From an uncultured delta proteobacterium (GTDB lineage Bacteria; Desulfobacterota; Binatia; UBA9968), in assembly GCA_963760795.1 (NCBI GenBank), contig CAVXEP010000032.1:64001-128000 (forward strand): 64,000 nucleotides of DNA, given 5' to 3'. Below, piece by piece: positions 1 through 8,731 of the stretch. Under the pieces are notes generated by a model that saw nothing but the letters and a program-made list of their open reading frames with translations, had not been told where the DNA came from and searched no databases. Made by a program: the position numbers and the translations under genes. Every line of letters starts with the position of its first letter. The first letter of the stretch is position 1.

Positions 1-351
1 TCGGCATTTTCGGTCCGGCGCAGTTGGGCCGAGAAGAACCGGCCGGTGGTCGTGCGGTTCCTCAAGGCGGTGGTGCGCGCGAAGAAATGGTTCGAGCAAG
101 ATCGCAAGGCGGCGATCGAGTACCTGGCGAAGGAATTTCAACTGACGGCGGCACTGGCGGAAAAAGGTCTGGATTATTATCTTCAAGCTCCAGCCTGGCA
201 CCCTGAACTGGAGATCGAGATGGATGGCTTGAAAACCGTCGTCGATATCTACGCCGAGCAAAACAACTTGAAGGGGCCGACTCCCAATGCCGAGAAATAT
301 GTCGATCAGAGTTATCTGCGCCAGGCGTTGAAGGAGATCGGGCTGAGATGA
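1..351 (+). CDS. ABC transporter substrate-binding protein, NMT1/THI5/SsuA-like (C-terminal part, 5' truncated by window)
   Basis: Frame open from base 1; C-terminus 'VVRFLKAVVRAKKWF...EKYVDQSYLRQALKE' typical of SsuA/THI5-like binding proteins. Confidence 0.7.
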   Translation, partial: SAFSVRRSWAEKNRPVVVRFLKAVVRAKKWFEQDRKAAIEYLAKEFQLTAALAEKGLDYYLQAPAWHPELEIEMDGLKTVVDIYAEQNNLKGPTPNAEKYVDQSYLRQALKEIGLR

Positions 352-448
352 CGGGCTAATTTCTGGGTCCATGCAGTAGACCCGTAGTCATCATATCGAT
401 CAGAATTGATCAATCGTGTCTACCAGTATTCACGCCGGTAGATCGGTG

Positions 449-466
449 ACGGACAATTCACGGACA
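449..466 (+). repeat. Tandem ACGGACA x2 (period 11), putative integrase arm-type sites; inverted counterpart at 5216-5233
   Basis: acggaca-attc-acggaca here; tgtccgc-cttt-tgtccgt at 5216-5233. Confidence 0.4.
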
Positions 467-610
467 GGATGAAAAGAACATAATAAGATCAGTCCCTTTG
501 AATGGAATTACCAATCAAGCGTTCCGAACCCGATAACCGGGTTGAGAGCCGGATTGCGAGCGAGTACCATTGTCCTAAAGAAAAACTTAGTTTTGGGATT
601 CGTGGAGTAC

Positions 611-1804
611 ATGACATTTAATCTTCCTCTCTCTCAAATTGATGCGAGGATGCTCGAAAGCCTCATGACGGACAGTGTCCCGGAGGGGCGTCAATTGGAG
701 TACAAAGAGGCTCTTCCAGGAAACAGCGACGATGACAAGCGTGAATTTTTGAGCGATGTTACTTCTTTCGCAAACTCGGCGGGTGGTGATCTACTATTTG
801 GTCTCAAAGAACGACGCGAGGCGGGAAGGCCAACCGCTGAGATTGAGACGATTGCCGGACTTCCAGGACTGAACGTCGACGCTGAGCGCCTCCGATTCGA
901 AGCAATGATCCGCGACGGCATTGCCCCCAGGATGCCGCTGGTCAGTTTTCATAAAATCTCTCGAGATCCTGACCCTCCATGTCTTTTACTCCGGGTGCCG
1001 CGAAGTTGGGCAGGACTCCACATGGTAACCTACAAGAATTCCAGCAGGTTTTATTCCCGGACATCTGCGGGCAAATACCAACTTGATGTCCATGAGATCC
1101 GTGCAGGATTCGTAGCGGCCGAAATCGCAATAGAACGCCTTCGGCGTTTCAGGACGGAGCGAATCGCAAGGGCCCTCGATCTTGAGGCGCCAGTTGCCAT
1201 TGCGACTGGGCCGAAGCTGATCCTACATGCTCTCCCGATTAATATCCTAAATGAAGTGTGGCCTCGCGTCCTCACGATACAAGACCAAGTGAATGCGGGA
1301 GCCGTATCGATCATCGGTGGAACTTTCACATCGTGGAGGTTTAACCTAGACGGGTTTGTCGTACATACTCTTGTGCGCGATCTTAGTAGGCAGTGTTATA
1401 CGCAACTATTCCGAGACGGTGGGATTGAAGCGCTCAGCGGCACTGTGATCGCGAGAGACGAGCAGCGCAACGGTTTTTACGCATGGGGAATGGAAGCGCA
1501 AGTCATCGCGGCGCTCCAGAGGTATCAGAACTTCTGGCAGACGATTGGGGTAACGCCACCTATCCTCATAGGCTTAACCATATCTGGTGTTAATGGATGG
1601 AAGGTGCTGCAAAACCCGTATGGCTTCAGCGATTTGGACGAGGTGATCGACCGGGATGTCATATCGCCTCCCGACGTAGTGTTATCAGATTTCGCCAGTC
1701 CCCCGGATGTTGAACTCCGGCCACTATTCGACGTTGTCTGGAACGGCGGGGGCTGGCGCGGTTCCCCCAATTATAGAGATGGAAGATGGGTTCCGCCTTC
1801 CTGA
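611..1804 (+). CDS. AlbA_2 (Schlafen-like) domain protein
   Basis: ATG 611 after GGAG; N-terminal 'EGRQLEYKE...FLSDVTSFANSAGGDLLFGLKE' AlbA_2 signature; 'FYSRTSAGK' motif. Confidence 0.8.
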   Translation: MTFNLPLSQIDARMLESLMTDSVPEGRQLEYKEALPGNSDDDKREFLSDVTSFANSAGGDLLFGLKERREAGRPTAEIETIAGLPGLNVDAERLRFEAMIRDGIAPRMPLVSFHKISRDPDPPCLLLRVPRSWAGLHMVTYKNSSRFYSRTSAGKYQLDVHEIRAGFVAAEIAIERLRRFRTERIARALDLEAPVAIATGPKLILHALPINILNEVWPRVLTIQDQVNAGAVSIIGGTFTSWRFNLDGFVVHTLVRDLSRQCYTQLFRDGGIEALSGTVIARDEQRNGFYAWGMEAQVIAALQRYQNFWQTIGVTPPILIGLTISGVNGWKVLQNPYGFSDLDEVIDRDVISPPDVVLSDFASPPDVELRPLFDVVWNGGGWRGSPNYRDGRWVPPS

Positions 1805-2546
1805 ACTCATCGGCAACGTGGAGCAATTCGCTCGAGATTCTCAAAAGTTATTCGAAGAATTTTGTTCGTTGGTGACGGGGAGCCTGAGAGTACCCTTGGC
1901 GCCAGAACTAAATGCCGCCGGGTCAGGAATCGGCGCTCAATGCTCGGAATCCATTATGGAATATAGCTTTCTGAATGCCCTGCTTGATGCTTGTCCTTCT
2001 TTTGTCCGTGTACATGAAACAACAAGACCCAAGAAATACCGTTGACGGCAGCACTCAGGACTTTGTTTTTGTTGGGCTCTGGTGGCTATTTTAGGCTGTG
2101 GTTACGAACGATATTCGATTGACAATCAGCGGCGACAGAGGGCTCCTCTAGCTTGGTGAAGCCCAATCTCATATGGTGACGCGGTTGCCAGTTTTTAACC
2201 TAAGGAAATAGATATCGGAGTTTATGTATGGGGATATTTCGCATTGACCGTACAAAAGATGCTGTAATCTGAGCCTGCGAAAACTAGCCTTTTCCAGTTC
2301 ATCTATAGCGCGCCCAAATAAACGTCCTTGCGAAGCCGAGCACTATAGCGACTCATTCAAGCTTCTTGCTAGATGCTGGATAACCATCTTCAACATCAAA
2401 ATACTCGGGGGTCGGAGAGAGCACTTCTAAAATCGATTACGACCTCGTGCGGGTAAACTTTTTGATCGCCGAAAGGGGAGGGTTAACGGCGTCCCACCAG
2501 GTTTGTGTGTTTTCTACGCCGCTCGAACGATAGTCATTAGATTCTC

Positions 2547-3192
2547 ATGCCAGCCAAACTTAATTCTTCCTTAATTATGAAGGCCCTTGAACCATCGCCT
2601 TGGGATCGATCTGGGCAACGATGTTCGCTACCGCCTCTGTGCCTCACATCCGCTACACACAGAGCTTCAAGCGGTAATCGCCAAGGTCTGGTTAATTGGT
2701 CGACCGTATGCAGCAGCAATTGAGCGTCGCAAAAATAGGGAAACCAATGAAGCGAACGACGTCTTCTATGTGAAAACTGCGGCGCCGACCATCATGAATT
2801 CCAAAATCGATTGTTGGATTGCAATGGCACGACAGAAAAGTCCCGTTGGACCGAGTTCACTCACAGTGTCACTTAAGGTTCATCGTCGCACGACGGAACT
2901 CTTTAAAAGGATTAGTGAACAGGAAAAACGCGCTCTCGCATCAAAGTATCTCCACTTCCATGTGCCGCGAATGTTCTATATCTACGATAGTCGCGCGGTG
3001 ACGGCGATTAGCGCACTTTCCAACATAGTCGGCCGTGTCGGTAGGAATTCGTTTGAGGGCGATAACGAGTATCGGAAATTTGCCGAAAAGTGCGTCAGGC
3101 TTCAACAGCACGTTCAAGATCATTTCGGAGTGAGCCTGACGCCCCGTGAAATAGACAACTTGCTTCTAGAGATACATACAGCACGGGTTTAG
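2547..3192 (+). pseudogene. Hypothetical protein, frameshifted by a 4-bp GATC duplication
   Basis: ATG 2547 reads MPAKLNSSLIMKALEPSPWD; removing one GATC of GATCGATC (2604-2611) joins it to LGNDVRYRLC...AKVWLIGR.YAAAIERR...LASKYLHFH.P.MFYIYDSRA of the 2587-3192 ORF. Confidence 0.55.
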
Positions 3193-3623
3193 CCTGCACC
3201 TCTACCTCGGTAAAAAGCGCGTTGGCCAGTGGGTGCGAGCTCATGCGGAGGCGGGTTATCGCCGGTGGCGCGGCGCTCGATTCGTCGGAGGGCAAGGCCC
3301 GCTGCGAAATTCTTAACGGCTTCATCGTTGACAGACGCGGCGAGGCGCAGATCAGCACTGCCGATGCGCGATGAACTATGACTCTATCGCCAAGACACTC
3401 GCTTCGGTAAGATTAGGCCTTGCGCCGTTTGCGATGCAAGAGAGATGCAAAGCGATGTAGCGGCCTTGTTTCTACACGCCGGAAATTGGTCTGTATACGG
3501 GTGTAACCGCAGTAACTGCTACATGAAACTGTAGAGTTCAATTCAAACTAAAAGGAACGACAGGGAAGAAATTTCGCAGTAAACGTCTGAGCCGTCAAAA
3601 TGGCGACTTGACCCTAACGTACC

Positions 3624-4001
3624 TTATTCCAACTGCCCCATAGCGGTAACTTGATAAGTCACCCTATGGAGATGCCCGTCTGAATCTCTAATGCATACCC
3701 TACTTTGCAGGAATATAAGTCTGCCACCAATAGTTGTCCAGCGGCAATTATCCACTGCCCACCCCGCGTTGACGGCGTTGTTCTGATTAGAAATACTAGC
3801 CAACGAGACCACAGGGACAACTCCATCGATGCGTCTCCAACCAGGACCTATTATAAGAAAAAGGTCATCGCAACGCCAGGAGCCTCCGGTTCCTATGAAG
3901 TCGAAAACCGGATAGCCGGAGAGAAAGACGAGATCCCGACCGTCTGGGGTTTTTGTCCGCATCTCATGCGGAGTTTCAATGAAGCTAGGAAATATTGGCA
4001 T
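3624..4001 (-). CDS. Hypothetical beta-rich protein (125 aa)
   Basis: ATG with strong RBS (AAGGAGGGG); protein-like composition, 'LASISN...NAGWAVD...RDSDG..RVTY'. Confidence 0.65.
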   Translation of the reverse strand: MPIFPSFIETPHEMRTKTPDGRDLVFLSGYPVFDFIGTGGSWRCDDLFLIIGPGWRRIDGVVPVVSLASISNQNNAVNAGWAVDNCRWTTIGGRLIFLQSRVCIRDSDGHLHRVTYQVTAMGQLE

Positions 4002-4248
4002 AGCACCCCTCCTTGTGGATCATTAAACCGATTTCTATGCGCTTCAAATGCTATCTCGTTTTTCGCATCACTTCCGGAATTTCCCCCAAATGATAACGCC
4101 ACAAATTCGTCAGGCGTGGGAACCTTATTCTCCTTCCATTGTCGGACTGCGCAAGATTCCACAAAGGCCACTACTTAACCGATTGGCGGAGCTTCTATAT
4201 TCGGAAGAGGGGCCTCGGTTCCGGTATTGAACCCCTGATTGTACCCAG

Positions 4249-4373
4249 GTCATCTTCTTCCCGGCGTCGTCCAAGTCTCCACCGTCATCTCTCTTGCCGG
4301 GATTGTCCAAGTCTCCACCACTGCCACAATCTCTCCGCTCATCTCTCTTCCCGGTGTTGTCCAAGTCTCCACC
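4249..4373. repeat. Three imperfect ~36-bp direct repeats
   Basis: Core TCATCT(C)TCTT.CCGG...GTCCAAGTCTCCACC at ~4249-4283, 4284-4319 and 4337-4373. Confidence 0.85.
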
Positions 4374-4462
4374 TGGGGAATTTCTTCCATAACAGAAGAA
4401 GATTCCTCTCCCGATACACCGTTCTTTGCCCTGCTAAGAGGGTCGTCTTTTTTTCCTTGCAT
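4250..4462 (-). CDS. Small peptide with three VETWT(T/I)P(G/A)R repeats (70 aa; possibly longer if frameshifted)
   Basis: ATG 4462 preceded by AAGGTAGGTG; three ~36-bp repeat units. Confidence 0.45.
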   Translation of the reverse strand: MQGKKDDPLSRAKNGVSGEESSSVMEEIPQVETWTTPGREMSGEIVAVVETWTIPAREMTVETWTTPGRR

Positions 4463-4653
4463 AATTTATCACCTACCTTTTCAATATCTTCCATCTTTTC
4501 TCATGGTTTTTTAAGATATTCATTAGTTGGTTGTATTCCTACCACAGAGACCGCATTCTGTAAAACACGTTCAAACTTGGCTGCCGCGGTGGCGATGACG
4601 ACCGAAGGGACGGTAATGAGGATTCTCATGAGAACCCCCGCTGGGCGGTCACC

Positions 4654-4899
4654 TTAGTCCCCAAACACAATGAAGATAACGCTTACCGCGACGAAACCAA
4701 TAATGGCTAACGCGCAATATTTTATCGTCCGCAACGCTTCGACTCGGGCTGAAATGAAGGACGCGGACGGCAGGATCAGAGTCGTTCTGAATGCAGCCAG
4801 ACGTTGAAGCAGCAGCGGAACGGTTTCACTCGCTAGCGGAAGAACTGACCACCTGTGAGCAGATTTCGATGTTATCAGTGGTCTAGTCAAGCCACGCAA
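4654..4899 (-). CDS. Putative small membrane protein (possible cassette remnant)
   Basis: 81-aa ORF ending in hydrophobic helix 'CALAIIGFVAVSVIFIVF'; starts at the GTT end of the attC-like site. Confidence 0.25.
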   Translation of the reverse strand: MRGLTRPLITSKSAHRWSVLPLASETVPLLLQRLAAFRTTLILPSASFISARVEALRTIKYCALAIIGFVAVSVIFIVFGD

Positions 4900-4957
4900 C
4901 GGTTTGCCGCTGAGCTGCCGCGTTTTTCAGCGGTCGGCTCCATCGGCTGGTCTACGC
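4894..4957 (-). mobile_element. Degenerate integron attC-like site
   Basis: Minus strand gcgtagac-cagccgatggagccgaccgc-tgaaaaac-gcggcagctcagcggc-aaacc-GTTGCGT: imperfect hairpin with two extrahelical bases and a GTT end; R'' box degenerate. Confidence 0.5.
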
Positions 4958-5215
4958 TTAAATTGAACTGAATTTTCCGTTAATCTAATTCCTGGTTGTC
5001 CGTCTTCTGTCCGAGAACTGTTCCCGAAGAGACCCAAACAAACCCAACGATGGAAGCATTAAGCTGCAAATTTCATTGGGAATGGATGGGTCCATTCGGT
5101 CGCTGTTACGGCTTCTCTTCGATTCGTAATCAGTAGCTTTCCGGTTTGAATTCAGAGAAAAGACAGACTTGCACATGGCAGCATCGCACTCCTACACCCA
5201 CCCTTGGCGATCATC

Positions 5216-5233
5216 TGTCCGCCTTTTGTCCGT
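5216..5233 (-). repeat. Tandem TGTCCG(C/T) x2 (period 11), putative integrase arm-type sites
   Basis: Inverted match to 449-466; ~100 bp from the tRNA fragment. Confidence 0.4.
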
Positions 5234-5336
5234 GTACAAGTAACAATGAGCCCCAAGCACTGCCATCTAAGGCGGCGATTGGGGCTCGTTGTTGTAGGGC
5301 TTTGACGGCGGTCTCAGGGACTAGTCACGATTGATT

Positions 5337-5376
5337 TTTGAATGGCATTCAAGCGGTCGTCGGTTCGATTTCTGAC
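5337..5376 (+). pseudogene. Degenerate 3'-half fragment of tRNA-Ala(GGC), probable att-site remnant
   Basis: TTTGA-ATGGCAT-TCAAG anticodon arm (GGC), CGGTC variable loop, GTCGG-TTCGATT(T)-CTGAC T-arm; no D-arm, acceptor stem or CCA. Confidence 0.6.
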
Positions 5377-5599
5377 TTCGCGCGGAAATAGGCCCTTGAG
5401 ACGCTTGAGCTCTTTCAGTTGGACCGATGGCGCCAGATAGTCCACCCATTTCAAAACTGAAAATCTTCGTAGCGGCGCAGCCAGTTGGGCGTGCAGGCAG
5501 CCTAACGGAAAAATCAGTGACCTACTGAGTACCAGGTACTGTGAAAATGGTGAATGTGTTATAAGCGTCAATTGAATCTTGGGCCTGAGAGGAAACGGC

Positions 5600-6580
5600 A
5601 TGAACATCGACCTCCATTCGCATTTCTTTCCCGTCGAGGCGTTGCAGAATCCCGGCAAGTTCGAAAACCGCGCGCCGAAGCTTGTATTGAATGACGGCAA
5701 GCTGGCGGTGACATCGCAGATCGGATCTCGCCCTGGGTTGGGCGCGGGAGCTTACGATCCGCTGGCGCGGATCAAGGCGCTCGATCAAATGAAGATCGAC
5801 ATGCAGGCGATCTCGCCGTCGCCGATTTTACTTTTCTACTGGGAAGACGCCGCGGTGGCAGCGCATTTCTCGCGCCGGCAGAACGAAGCTATTCAAGATG
5901 TCGTCAAGAAGCATCCGGATCGGTTTATCGGCTTTGGCAGTGTGCCGCTCCAGAGTGTTCCCGAATCCATCGCCATCGCCAAGGAAGCCAAGAGCATGGG
6001 CCTCAAGGGGCTGGAGATCGGCAACGCGGTGGGGGACAAACCGCTCGACGATCCGAGCTTCGAGCCATTCTTTCAAGTAGCGCAGGAGTTGGAACTGCTC
6101 CTATTCGTCCACCCATTGGAGGGCGGGCTCGACGCCGACGATCCGCTGTCGCCGATTCTTGGCAATGTTTTGCAGTTTACCTTTCGCACCACGCTGATGG
6201 TCGAGCGCATGATTCTCAAAGGTATGTTCGAGAAGTATCCCAACCTGCGCTTATGTCTGTCGCATGGCGGCGGCTTGTTGGCTTTCAACATCTGGCGTTT
6301 GGATCACTCCTATGGTCTGCGCCGAGATTTGCAGAAACAGTTGCCGAAGAAACCATCGCAATATTTGCACCAGATGTACTTCGACACTATCGTTCACTCG
6401 GTAGCGGCTTTAGACTATCTCGTCCGAGTCGTCGGCGCCGACCGGGTAGTGATTGGCACCGACTATCCGATGGGGATGGGCGACTTCGATTCGGTGAATA
6501 AAGTCATGCAGCTCAATCTGACCGATCGCGAACGTGCGGACGTTCTCGGCGCTAACGCAAGAAATGCCTTGCAACTTTAA
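5600..6580 (+). CDS. Amidohydrolase family protein (Amidohydro_2, ACMSD/decarboxylase-like)
   Basis: 'IDLHSHF' HxH, 'LFVHP', 'SHGGG', 'IGTDYP' motifs; RBS GAGAGG. Confidence 0.88.
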   Translation: MNIDLHSHFFPVEALQNPGKFENRAPKLVLNDGKLAVTSQIGSRPGLGAGAYDPLARIKALDQMKIDMQAISPSPILLFYWEDAAVAAHFSRRQNEAIQDVVKKHPDRFIGFGSVPLQSVPESIAIAKEAKSMGLKGLEIGNAVGDKPLDDPSFEPFFQVAQELELLLFVHPLEGGLDADDPLSPILGNVLQFTFRTTLMVERMILKGMFEKYPNLRLCLSHGGGLLAFNIWRLDHSYGLRRDLQKQLPKKPSQYLHQMYFDTIVHSVAALDYLVRVVGADRVVIGTDYPMGMGDFDSVNKVMQLNLTDRERADVLGANARNALQL

Positions 6581-6661
6581 TAACTACGCGGTAATTCAAC
6601 CGGGCTTGGAGCCAACTGGGAAGCTATAGATGTTCCGGACGGCAACTCGTAGGGGGAAACC

Positions 6662-7657
6662 ATGCGAACGATCCTGGTTGGGATGTTAGCGATTTCTCTG
6701 AGCGGCTGCGCGGCCATGCGGCTGGGCGAGCCGACGGTGTCGATCTTGGTCGATCTCGATCCGGCGAGCGTCGAGCGCACGGTGATTGTCGAGAGCATCA
6801 CCGCGGATCGCAACGGCGTGCTTTATCTCGCCGATCGGGTGACCGGCAATATCCTCCGGGTCGATCCCAAGTCTCCGAAGGCGGTTGTCGTCGGACGGAT
6901 CGAGGCGCGGGAGATCAAGGGTAAAAACGCCAATGCCGATCCTGCGGGTATCGCGTTCAACTCCCAAGGGGACCTTTTCGTCGCCGTTGGGCCGTTCAGC
7001 GAAGTGGTGCGCATCCCCGCTGCGGAGCTAAACCCGGCGAAGCCGGGATTTTCGCGAACCTTCGCGACTGGGACGGCTGGCGCTAATGGCATCGCCTTTG
7101 ATCGCCAAGGAAATCTTTTCATCTCGGGCGGCGCCAGCGGCATCGTCTATCGTGTCGGTGCGGGTGGCGGCTCAGCTCAAGCGGCGGTGCAGATCGATAA
7201 ATTCACGCGCACGCTGCCGGACGGCAAGACCCAACAGGCGATTGTCGCCAACGGAGTTGAGTTCGATGCCAACGGCGTGCTGCATGTTACGGACACGGCG
7301 CGCGGCGCGGTTTGGCAAGTCGCCATCGGGCCGGACGGCAAAGGGGACAAGCCGGTGCTGTTGGCTCAAAGTCCGCTGCTCGAAGGGGCCGACGGTCTGG
7401 CTTTCGATCGCAGCGGCAAACTCTGGGTCGTGGCCAACGAGCGTAACGCCATCGTCACGGTTATGCCGGATGGGCAAGTCTCGCAGGTCGCCAAGAACGG
7501 CAGCCAGGGACCGTTGGAGTTCCCGTCGGCAATCGTTTTTGTTGGCGGCCGTGGATATATTTCCAACTTCGATACGCCGCGGCGCGATAACATGGACGCC
7601 AACGGCACTACCGCACGAGATGGCATTGGCGCCTCGATCGCTCAGGTCGCACCGTAA
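6662..7657 (+). CDS. SMP-30/gluconolactonase/LRE family beta-propeller lipoprotein
   Basis: Lipobox 'LSGC'; repeated 'ANGIAFD', 'ADGLAFD' blades. Confidence 0.82.
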   Translation: MRTILVGMLAISLSGCAAMRLGEPTVSILVDLDPASVERTVIVESITADRNGVLYLADRVTGNILRVDPKSPKAVVVGRIEAREIKGKNANADPAGIAFNSQGDLFVAVGPFSEVVRIPAAELNPAKPGFSRTFATGTAGANGIAFDRQGNLFISGGASGIVYRVGAGGGSAQAAVQIDKFTRTLPDGKTQQAIVANGVEFDANGVLHVTDTARGAVWQVAIGPDGKGDKPVLLAQSPLLEGADGLAFDRSGKLWVVANERNAIVTVMPDGQVSQVAKNGSQGPLEFPSAIVFVGGRGYISNFDTPRRDNMDANGTTARDGIGASIAQVAP

Positions 7658-7679
7658 GCATTGGCCAAAGTTATTTGAA

Positions 7680-7870
7680 ATTTTCGGATCACAAATTTCG
7701 AAGTACGAAAGAGGTCCCGCCGACCCAAACTCGAAACAAATTCAAATGACCAAAAAACTAAATGTTCCAAACAATCCTGATTCGGATTCCTGGTTTTGGA
7801 TCTTCCGTATTTTGGATTATTTTGGCCGCGTTTGTTTGGTATTTAGATATTCGGATTTCGGATTAATTTC
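7680..7870. repeat. AT-rich imperfect palindromic intergenic element
   Basis: AAATTTCGAAGTACGAAA..TCGAAACAAATTCAAATGACCAAAA mirrored by TTTGG..TTTGTTTGGTATTTAGATATTCGGATTTCGGATT (heptamer-like units). Confidence 0.55.
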
Positions 7871-7939
7871 GCAGGCGAATTGGCGCGGTAAATTTGTTGA
7901 AGTCGTTCGGTTCAACATTTCAAAGGTAAGAATCCAATC

Positions 7940-8716
7940 GTGTCGTTACTCACCATCGAAGGCGTCGGCAAGGAATACCGCGCGCGGGGCAAACAAGTGG
8001 TCGCCCTGGACGGTATCGATTTGAACATCGCCGAGGGGGAGTTTGTCACCATCGTCGGGCCGTCGGGTTGTGGAAAATCGACACTGCTCAATTTGATCGT
8101 CGGACTCATGCACGCGAGCCGCGGCAGCATCAGCTTTCGCGGCGCGCCCATCGACGGTATCTGCACGAAGATCGGCTACGTCACGCAAAAGGATAATCTA
8201 CTGCCCTGGCGCACTCTGGTGGCGAATGTCGAGATCGCTCTGGAAATCCGGGCGGTGGATGCGATGCAGCGCAGGAAGCTGGCGCGGGATTTCATCGAGC
8301 GCGTCGGCTTGGGCGGCTTCGAAGAGCACTACCCACACGAACTTTCCGGCGGCATGCGCCAGCGCGCCAATATTATCCGCACGCTGATTTACGATCCGGA
8401 ATTAATTCTGATGGATGAGCCGTTCGGCCCGCTCGACGCGCAGACCAGAATTGTTCTGCAAGATCAGCTTTTGCAGCTGTGGTCGGCGGCGAAAAAAACC
8501 ATCATCTTTATCACCCATGATTTGGTCGAAGCGATCACCCTGGCGGATCGCGTCGTGCTGATGTCGTCGCGCCCCGGCCGGATCAAATCCATCGAAGCGG
8601 TTAACATCGCCCGGCCACGCGATGTCTTTCAGATCCACCAGAGCCCAGAATTTCGCGCGGTCTACGAACGGCTCTGGCAGCAACTGCGTCCCGAGGTCAG
8701 TCTGGCGGTAGTCTAG
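7940..8716 (+). CDS. ABC transporter ATP-binding protein (NitT/TauB/SsuB family)
   Basis: Walker A GPSGCGKS, LSGGMRQR, MDEPFGPLD, FITHD. Confidence 0.92.
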   Translation: MSLLTIEGVGKEYRARGKQVVALDGIDLNIAEGEFVTIVGPSGCGKSTLLNLIVGLMHASRGSISFRGAPIDGICTKIGYVTQKDNLLPWRTLVANVEIALEIRAVDAMQRRKLARDFIERVGLGGFEEHYPHELSGGMRQRANIIRTLIYDPELILMDEPFGPLDAQTRIVLQDQLLQLWSAAKKTIIFITHDLVEAITLADRVVLMSSRPGRIKSIEAVNIARPRDVFQIHQSPEFRAVYERLWQQLRPEVSLAVV

Positions 8717-8731
8717 AAAGGAGACATTTTT

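Noticed and set aside
1707-2045. 112-aa ORF overlapping the AlbA_2 gene end, and other short ORFs at 3095-3358 and 4985-5176
   Set aside because: No motifs and weak starts; probably spurious or decayed fragments
2484-2543. Second attC-like site just before the ATG at 2547 (ATTAGAT resembling GTTAGAT)
   Set aside because: GTT is mutated, the hairpin is short and no matching R'' box follows the gene
3433-3530. Short tandem motifs GATGCAA x2/GATGTAG and GTAACCGCA/GTAACTGCT as arm sites or an origin
   Set aside because: Too short, with no associated integrase or replication gene
4249-4373. Three ~36-bp repeats as a mini CRISPR array
   Set aside because: Units are adjacent or 17 bp apart, with no unique 30-40 bp spacers and no cas genes; better explained as a coding tandem repeat
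5337-5376. Intact tRNA-Ala gene
   Set aside because: No D-arm, 5' acceptor strand or CCA; kept only as a fragment
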